Of a DNA stretch of 64,000 nt, positions 58,635-64,000 are shown one piece after another (positions within the stretch are counted from its first letter, which is position 1; each line of letters opens with the position of its first letter). Source of the DNA: a bacterium. Its GTDB lineage: Bacteria > Patescibacteriota > Dojkabacteria > B142 > OLB20. The stretch spans positions 6,105 to 70,104 of the forward strand of contig JBAXHO010000001.1 of the NCBI GenBank assembly GCA_037138855.1. Reading direction: 5' to 3'. Made by a program: the position numbers and the translations under genes. Below the pieces are notes generated by a model. That model searched no databases and was not told where the DNA came from. It saw nothing but the letters and a program-made list of their open reading frames with translations.

Positions 58635-58721
58635 GAATATATATCTAATATATAAAACCAAGCTAATATTTTAACATATTGAAGATATATTTTCAACCTT
58701 TTCAAAAATTATTCTAACATC

Positions 58722-58760
58722 CCTCCGTACGGACAGGTTTGAAACCTGTCCATACGGAGG
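58722..58760. repeat. REP-like palindrome, copy 2
   Basis: CCTCCGTACGGACAGGTTT-G-AAACCTGTCCATACGGAGG. Confidence 0.9.
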
Positions 58761-58838
58761 ATCGATGCCAACTCAGCAATCACGACCTATTGCCATCCCT
58801 CCCCCAAACCACTACAATACTTTCATACCTGATTGCCA

Positions 58839-59786
58839 ATGGTTTTGTCGAAAGCTCTGAAAATTATTATTATCGTCCTTGTCGCAGTAGCAGTGATGTT
58901 GCTTACTGTTTTTTTATTGTTTGTCAGCGGGGTGACGCATGAGGTGCAGTTAATTATTTTTCCTCCGACAGCGACACCGCTGCCTACTATAACTCCGATT
59001 CCGACGCCTACGCCGACACCGACTTTGACGCCTACGCCGACACCGGATTTGAATAATTTTGCGAAAGATTATGATTATCCGCCGAAAGAGCAAAATAAAG
59101 GGACTGTGCGTATCCCGGTTTTGACCTATCATCATGTCGCTCCGATCCCGGATCAGCAAAATATGCAGGCTTATTACGTCACGCCAGTGATGTTTGAAAA
59201 GCAGTTGCAGTACCTGAAAGAAAAAAATTATCGTACTTTGACCACCAGAGAGTTTCTCGAGCAAGTGAAAAGCGGTCAAAATCCCAGTCAGAAGTCGATA
59301 GTGCTCACTTTTGATGATGGTGCGAAAAATAATTATGATAATGCTTTTCCCTTGTTGAAAAAATATGGTTTTGTCGGTGTGTTTTACATCCCGACGAATA
59401 AAACAGGTATAACCCAGACACAGCTCAAGGAAATGGCTGATGCTGGTATGGAAATTGGCTCACATTCCAAAACTCATCCGGATCTCAGTAAAATTTCGGA
59501 TGACGCGAAATTAACCGATGAAATTATTAATAGTCGGGGGATGCTGCAGAGCTGGACCGGACAGGATATTTATAGTATTGCCTATCCCGGTTGTACTGCA
59601 AATTCTCTGAACATCAGTTATGTGACCAAAGCCGGTTATCAGGTGGGTTTTTCCTGTGGAAAAGTGATTGATCATAAATATTCGCAGCGTTATGTCCTTT
59701 CCCGGATCCATGTTTACAGTAATTTGGATAATTTTAAGAAAATCCTCTCTGGTTTGGGAGAATTTACGACGGAGTATGGGGATTGA
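58839..59786 (+). CDS. Polysaccharide deacetylase (CE4), membrane-anchored
   Basis: PVLTYHHV, LTFDDG, EIGSHSKTHPDL, AYP; PT repeat linker. Confidence 0.93.
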   Translation: MVLSKALKIIIIVLVAVAVMLLTVFLLFVSGVTHEVQLIIFPPTATPLPTITPIPTPTPTPTLTPTPTPDLNNFAKDYDYPPKEQNKGTVRIPVLTYHHVAPIPDQQNMQAYYVTPVMFEKQLQYLKEKNYRTLTTREFLEQVKSGQNPSQKSIVLTFDDGAKNNYDNAFPLLKKYGFVGVFYIPTNKTGITQTQLKEMADAGMEIGSHSKTHPDLSKISDDAKLTDEIINSRGMLQSWTGQDIYSIAYPGCTANSLNISYVTKAGYQVGFSCGKVIDHKYSQRYVLSRIHVYSNLDNFKKILSGLGEFTTEYGD

Positions 59787-59954
59787 GAGACGGTAACCGG
59801 TGATCGGTGAGCGGAAGAAGGATGAGTATCAAGTAGCAAGTATCAAGTAGTAGTAAGAAAAACGTTAGTGAACTATTACTAATGTTAAGGTACTATCAAG
59901 TAATTTTTTATGCTATATTATTATGCGCAAAGTTAAATTTAATAAATTGCTAAA

Positions 59955-61094
59955 ATGATTGAACAAATCTCTGAAAAACCAAGTTTAGAAGCGGTACAGC
60001 CTCTTAATCAAGTTTCAGCTAATTCAGCAGGAGTTACAGAATTATCTCAGCAAAAAGGTAAAAGTAATCAAAAACCTTTATTAATATTGGCTGTGACAAG
60101 TTTGATGCTGTTGATATTTTTATTAATTTGCGGTTTTGTTTGGGCGCTGGTGCGTGCAAGACAAAATAACACTGCCACACAATCCTGTAATTACCAGGGG
60201 ATTAATTATGATAATGGCATTGGTTTTCCGTCTAGTGATGGTTGTAATAGCTGTTCCTGTGCTGCCGGTCAAGTAGTATGTACAGAAATGGCTTGTTTCA
60301 ATCCAACTGAGACACCGGCAGTGACAAAAATGCTTAGTAATCAGCCAACTGTCACTTATGACCAGACAGAACAGAAAAATACTTTGTATCTCGCAGAATT
60401 GAATGGGCAAAAAGTAATTTATACCCGGGTGCAAGGTAACTGGATTTCCTGCGGCGATGCTGCCAAGCCGGCAATTTACAATAGTCTTTCCGCAAAAAAT
60501 GGCTTTCAGTTTGCTGGTGATCCCAGCTGTACTGAGTTTGCTAGTTTGAGTCAGGCACAAAGAATTCTGGAATTTAGCGGGACAGAGCAGTATGATTTTT
60601 ATGATTATTATCAGGTAGATAATTTCTTGTATGTTTCTGTGCTTAAATCAGTCAATCTGGCTAGTTTGGAAGATCATACTTTTAATGAGGTTTATCAAGT
60701 AGATTTAACTACTTTGCAAAAGCAATTATTGTGGACCCGAGAAATTGGTGATGCCAAATATGCCAGCAAAGGGCCAATTCAGTTCCTGCCAGTGACGACA
60801 AATAAATATGTGGTGATGAATGTATTATCTTGCTGGAGTTGTGGTCCGGAAACACCAGATGATGTAATTATTTTGAATATTGCTACCAAAAAAGAATCGC
60901 TGGCAGAACGTGCTACTAATATTATTCTCGGTAGTGGCCAATATACATTCAAGCAGTATATTGATCATGCATATTTTGACATTAATGATAGCAGTAGTTT
61001 TGCGACTTATTGTCACTCAGATCAATACTGGTGTGGCGATGGTGGTAGCTACTGGAAACTAGATAATCTTATTTCGACAAGACCGTTGCCATAA
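59955..61094 (+). CDS. Membrane-anchored surface protein, paralog 3, with an extra pacifastin/VWC-like module
   Basis: DGCNSCSC..GQVVCTEMAC; SCWSCGPE; ends RPLP. Confidence 0.85.
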   Translation: MIEQISEKPSLEAVQPLNQVSANSAGVTELSQQKGKSNQKPLLILAVTSLMLLIFLLICGFVWALVRARQNNTATQSCNYQGINYDNGIGFPSSDGCNSCSCAAGQVVCTEMACFNPTETPAVTKMLSNQPTVTYDQTEQKNTLYLAELNGQKVIYTRVQGNWISCGDAAKPAIYNSLSAKNGFQFAGDPSCTEFASLSQAQRILEFSGTEQYDFYDYYQVDNFLYVSVLKSVNLASLEDHTFNEVYQVDLTTLQKQLLWTREIGDAKYASKGPIQFLPVTTNKYVVMNVLSCWSCGPETPDDVIILNIATKKESLAERATNIILGSGQYTFKQYIDHAYFDINDSSSFATYCHSDQYWCGDGGSYWKLDNLISTRPLP

Positions 61095-61840
61095 TGTTCA
61101 GTGTCGTTATTCCTACTTTTAATGAAGCCAAGTTTTTAGGTGATTTATTGCTGGCAATTAAGGCTCAGACGATTCAGCCGGTGGAAATTATTGTGGCGGA
61201 TAATCATTCCAGTGATCAAACAAGAATGATTGCCAAACAGTTTGGTTGTAAAATAGTCAGCGGTGGCAGTCCTGCTGTCGGTCGTAATCATGGCGCCAGA
61301 GCGGTAACGCAAAAAATTATCTTTTTTTTGGATGCTGATGTAGAGTTGGCAAGTCCGGATTTTTTTGCTCGAGCCTTAGCTGAAATGAATAAAGAATCGG
61401 GATCGATTGGCAGCTGTCGGATTAAAAATTCTACAATTGCGGGAAATCGTTCGATGCGATTAGGAGAACTTATCACTGATGTTCGTCCGCTTTTAAATCA
61501 AGCGACTATTGCACTGACTGGAAAATTATTTTCCGATATGGGAGCAGTTATGATTTGTACCAAAGCGCTTTGGGAAAAGATTGCTGGTTTCGATGAAAAG
61601 CTTTATACGATTGAAGATACAGATTTTTTTCGGAGAGCGGTAGCAGCAGGTGGCAAGTACTTTTTTGTGAAGGTTACTGTTCTGATTTCACCACGGCGTT
61701 TTATCAAGCGTTCCCGTTTGAAATTGGTAAAAATGTCAGTGCTGTTAATTGCAATATTGACATTAAGTTTTTTTGGAATTAAAAAATATGCCGGGTTGCA
61801 TGAGGAGTATCAAAAAGAAAAAGGCAAGTTGGGTGGTTAG
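61094..61840 (+). CDS. Glycosyltransferase family 2
   Basis: SVVIPTFNE, ADNHSSD, FLDAD, ED, SPRRF. Confidence 0.92.
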   Translation: MFSVVIPTFNEAKFLGDLLLAIKAQTIQPVEIIVADNHSSDQTRMIAKQFGCKIVSGGSPAVGRNHGARAVTQKIIFFLDADVELASPDFFARALAEMNKESGSIGSCRIKNSTIAGNRSMRLGELITDVRPLLNQATIALTGKLFSDMGAVMICTKALWEKIAGFDEKLYTIEDTDFFRRAVAAGGKYFFVKVTVLISPRRFIKRSRLKLVKMSVLLIAILTLSFFGIKKYAGLHEEYQKEKGKLGG

Positions 61841-61891
61841 TTGTTCTTCAGTAAAAAAAAGTTTATACTTAATTATTCTTAAAAAAATTTC

Positions 61892-62167
61892 ATGGAAAAT
61901 AAATCTTTACAAAAAACCAATCCTAAGTATTTATTAGCTGCTGGTGTAATAGCATTATCCATTGTTACTCTTGGTGGGGCAGTGGCTTTTTATAAAGTTA
62001 AAATTGATCAGGGACAGGCAAATCTGCAAAATGAATTACCTGTTACAGGCATTAAGGATCCAGAGCCTAATTTTGGCTGCGATGAATTTAGTTATGGTAA
62101 AACTCAGGTAGTCAATACCACGCGTTGGGTTTGTGAAGATACCGGCTGGCAAGGATATTCTTTGTAG
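61892..62167 (+). CDS. Small membrane-anchored protein with LPVTG after the N-terminal TM helix
   Basis: TM helix, LPVTG, short C..WVC...GW domain. Confidence 0.75.
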   Translation: MENKSLQKTNPKYLLAAGVIALSIVTLGGAVAFYKVKIDQGQANLQNELPVTGIKDPEPNFGCDEFSYGKTQVVNTTRWVCEDTGWQGYSL

Positions 62168-62210
62168 GATAAAGGGTAATTAGATATAATTTTCAGTTTT
62201 ATCACCAACT

Positions 62211-62501
62211 ATGTCAAAACTACAGCCGCAGGATGTTTTAGAAAAGTTAATTGCCTGTTTTGTCGAAGCACATTGTACTGCTTTGCAATTTGAAACCAAT
62301 GATTTGGAAACCTCGAATGATTATTGCATTAGTGTGATTAAAAAAGCCTTTGAAGAAACTGGCGGGAATTTTGATAAGCCTACGAAAGATTCTATTTTGG
62401 CTGTTACTAATTGGCTGGCAAATTTTTCTGCCAATTTTCGTCGCCCGGAAATAATTAAGAAAAATTATAATAAAATGATGGGATACATTGACCAGTTATA
62501 G
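62211..62501 (+). CDS. Hypothetical protein
   Basis: 96-aa ORF. Confidence 0.75.
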   Translation: MSKLQPQDVLEKLIACFVEAHCTALQFETNDLETSNDYCISVIKKAFEETGGNFDKPTKDSILAVTNWLANFSANFRRPEIIKKNYNKMMGYIDQL

Positions 62502-62537
62502 ATAGTGAACAAATATTTTTATTCTGTTGAAATTGTG

Positions 62538-62921
62538 TTATTTCACTACCTGAAAAGGGCTGACACTGATGTCGATAGTTTTACTGGTGTTGAAATAATA
62601 TTCATTAACTGCTGCTGAAATTAAAATATTACGAAAGTTCGCTTGAGTGGGATGGTTAGAGATAGTAGCTTGACAGTTCCCAGCTGTTAGAGTGACTGTA
62701 AGATTCCCGGTATAATTCTGATTAATTTTAAGTTTCTGTAGGCTTTCTTCAAAGCAGGTATCAGCGACTACAATCGCCTCGGTATTATTTAATTTTGCCT
62801 TAGAGGCTTTTGCTAAATCCACACTGTTAAATACCACAATCATTCCACCGATCAGGAGAACCCCGGAAAGGGCAATTACTGTTATTAAGGAAGCACTAGC
62901 AGGTAATTTTTGCTGTTTCAT
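62538..62921 (-). CDS. PilX-like minor pilin
   Basis: Hydrophobic N-terminal helix, A..CFEESL; adjacent to a prepilin gene. Confidence 0.7.
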   Translation of the reverse strand: MKQQKLPASASLITVIALSGVLLIGGMIVVFNSVDLAKASKAKLNNTEAIVVADTCFEESLQKLKINQNYTGNLTVTLTAGNCQATISNHPTQANFRNILISAAVNEYYFNTSKTIDISVSPFQVVK

Positions 62922-63419
62922 TTAGTCTAAACTTAATACTAGATTAATTTGGGTTTTACGATCGCTGCGGGTCAGATGGGCGAGCTCTAATTCTACAGCA
63001 ATTGCTCTGGGAATGCCTTGTAAATCATTGATTTTAGTAAGATGAAATTTGGTAACATTCATCGTATCCGGGGTAATCGGGTTAATCTGACCGTTGGCAG
63101 AAAATATTAAACGGTTATTTTCCAGGTAATATGTTTTAAATATGGTAGAAGTAGTGAGATAAATCCGTCCCTGATCAGAATCGAAAGCACTTTGTGCAGT
63201 ATCGATACCAGAAGTATTGCGAAAGCTATCTTCTAAATGTTCGGTGATAAAAATCTTTTGTTTTGCCAGAGTATTGTCGGTATTAACCTTTAAATTACTT
63301 TCTTGAATCGAAAGGACAAATTGGATAATGGCAGTAAAAATAATTGCAAACAGTGCCAAATAAATAATAGTTTCTACTAATGTAATCGCTTTTAATTTTT
63401 TTTTGAAAATTTTCTTCAT
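62922..63419 (-). CDS. Prepilin-type (PilW/PulJ-like) minor pilin
   Basis: KKKLKA|ITLVETIIYL class III signal peptide with Glu at +5. Confidence 0.85.
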   Translation of the reverse strand: MKKIFKKKLKAITLVETIIYLALFAIIFTAIIQFVLSIQESNLKVNTDNTLAKQKIFITEHLEDSFRNTSGIDTAQSAFDSDQGRIYLTTSTIFKTYYLENNRLIFSANGQINPITPDTMNVTKFHLTKINDLQGIPRAIAVELELAHLTRSDRKTQINLVLSLD

Positions 63420-64000
63420 TGATAATCCAGACTAATGTCATAAAATATTGGTGTGCCGTAACGATTGGATGAAAGGAAAGCTTTATATTGGACATAGCGC
63501 TTATCCTGGACACTAGTTGGTAGTGTACTGCCTGCTTTATCGGTAAAAAATGTATTACCAGTATTATCTGGTCCGACAAAGATGGCACCACTTAAAGTAG
63601 CAGTATCGCTAGCCCGGATTTGTAATTTGAGATCAGTATTGGCTGGGATTAGGCTATTCCAGCTGATGGTGTATAGTTTGGGATCAGCTCGCTTTGTATC
63701 AAAGATAGATGAAGTATAAGTACCATTTTCTACATAACCATAACCATTGCCAGCTCCACCACCAGGACCACCGCGAATAATTTTGAATTCAGCATTGGGA
63801 TCACCGGTAATCAAATAAGCAAAAGCATTACCCTCAGCATCATAGCTAGCATCTAGATCGTAAATACCATTATCAATTTGAAGTCCACCACAACGGGTTG
63901 GATGACGTTCATCGGAAATATTATAAACCTGATATTCTTCACCACCGGTACCGGCCAAAATGGCGACATTACCACTGGCAACTACAGCAATACCTTGCAC
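63416..64000 (-). CDS. C-terminal part of a large pilin-cluster protein (5' end outside the window)
   Basis: Open frame to the window edge; GTYTSSIFD...RYVQYKA; 4-nt overlap with the prepilin gene. Confidence 0.8.
   Translation of the reverse strand: MQGIAVVASGNVAILAGTGGEEYQVYNISDERHPTRCGGLQIDNGIYDLDASYDAEGNAFAYLITGDPNAEFKIIRGGPGGGAGNGYGYVENGTYTSSIFDTKRADPKLYTISWNSLIPANTDLKLQIRASDTATLSGAIFVGPDNTGNTFFTDKAGSTLPTSVQDKRYVQYKAFLSSNRYGTPIFYDISLDYQ

Noticed and set aside
1-64000. Alternative genetic code (TGA read as Gly, as in some CPR lineages)
   Set aside because: Long conserved genes are open under the standard code and several end at TGA at the expected position.

Overview
AT-rich (roughly one third GC) bacterial chromosome segment, standard genetic code. 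The gene content, the atypical L28, the enzyme insertions in valS, the many Thr/Pro- and Cys-rich surface proteins and the rarity of obvious Shine-Dalgarno motifs point to a CPR/Patescibacteria genome (Dojkabacteria/Microgenomates-like; this is inference). Housekeeping genes are valS (partial, missed by the ORF track), cysS, cysteine synthase, rpmB, ldh, PGI/PMI, comF and ssrA (tmRNA). There are three type II toxin-antitoxin pairs, a probable lipid-salvage operon, two ECF sigma factors, minor-pilin genes and many surface proteins. The most notable signals are: (1) a complete, apparently leaderless poly-Cys attenuator upstream of cysteine synthase-cysS; (2) three proteins with an LPxTG motif just after an N-terminal membrane anchor, plus a CSLREA cap split from its beta-helix; (3) ValRS with in-frame pyrophosphatase-like and histidine-phosphatase domains under a short-stem-I T-box; (4) polarised heptamer repeat tracts in many intergenic regions and inside valS; (5) a tmRNA with a predicted 34-aa tag; (6) a circularly permuted DsbA; (7) a three-member surface-protein family with a duplicated 3' end next to REP-like palindromes. 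No CRISPR array, rRNA, tRNA, integrase or transposase was recognised.
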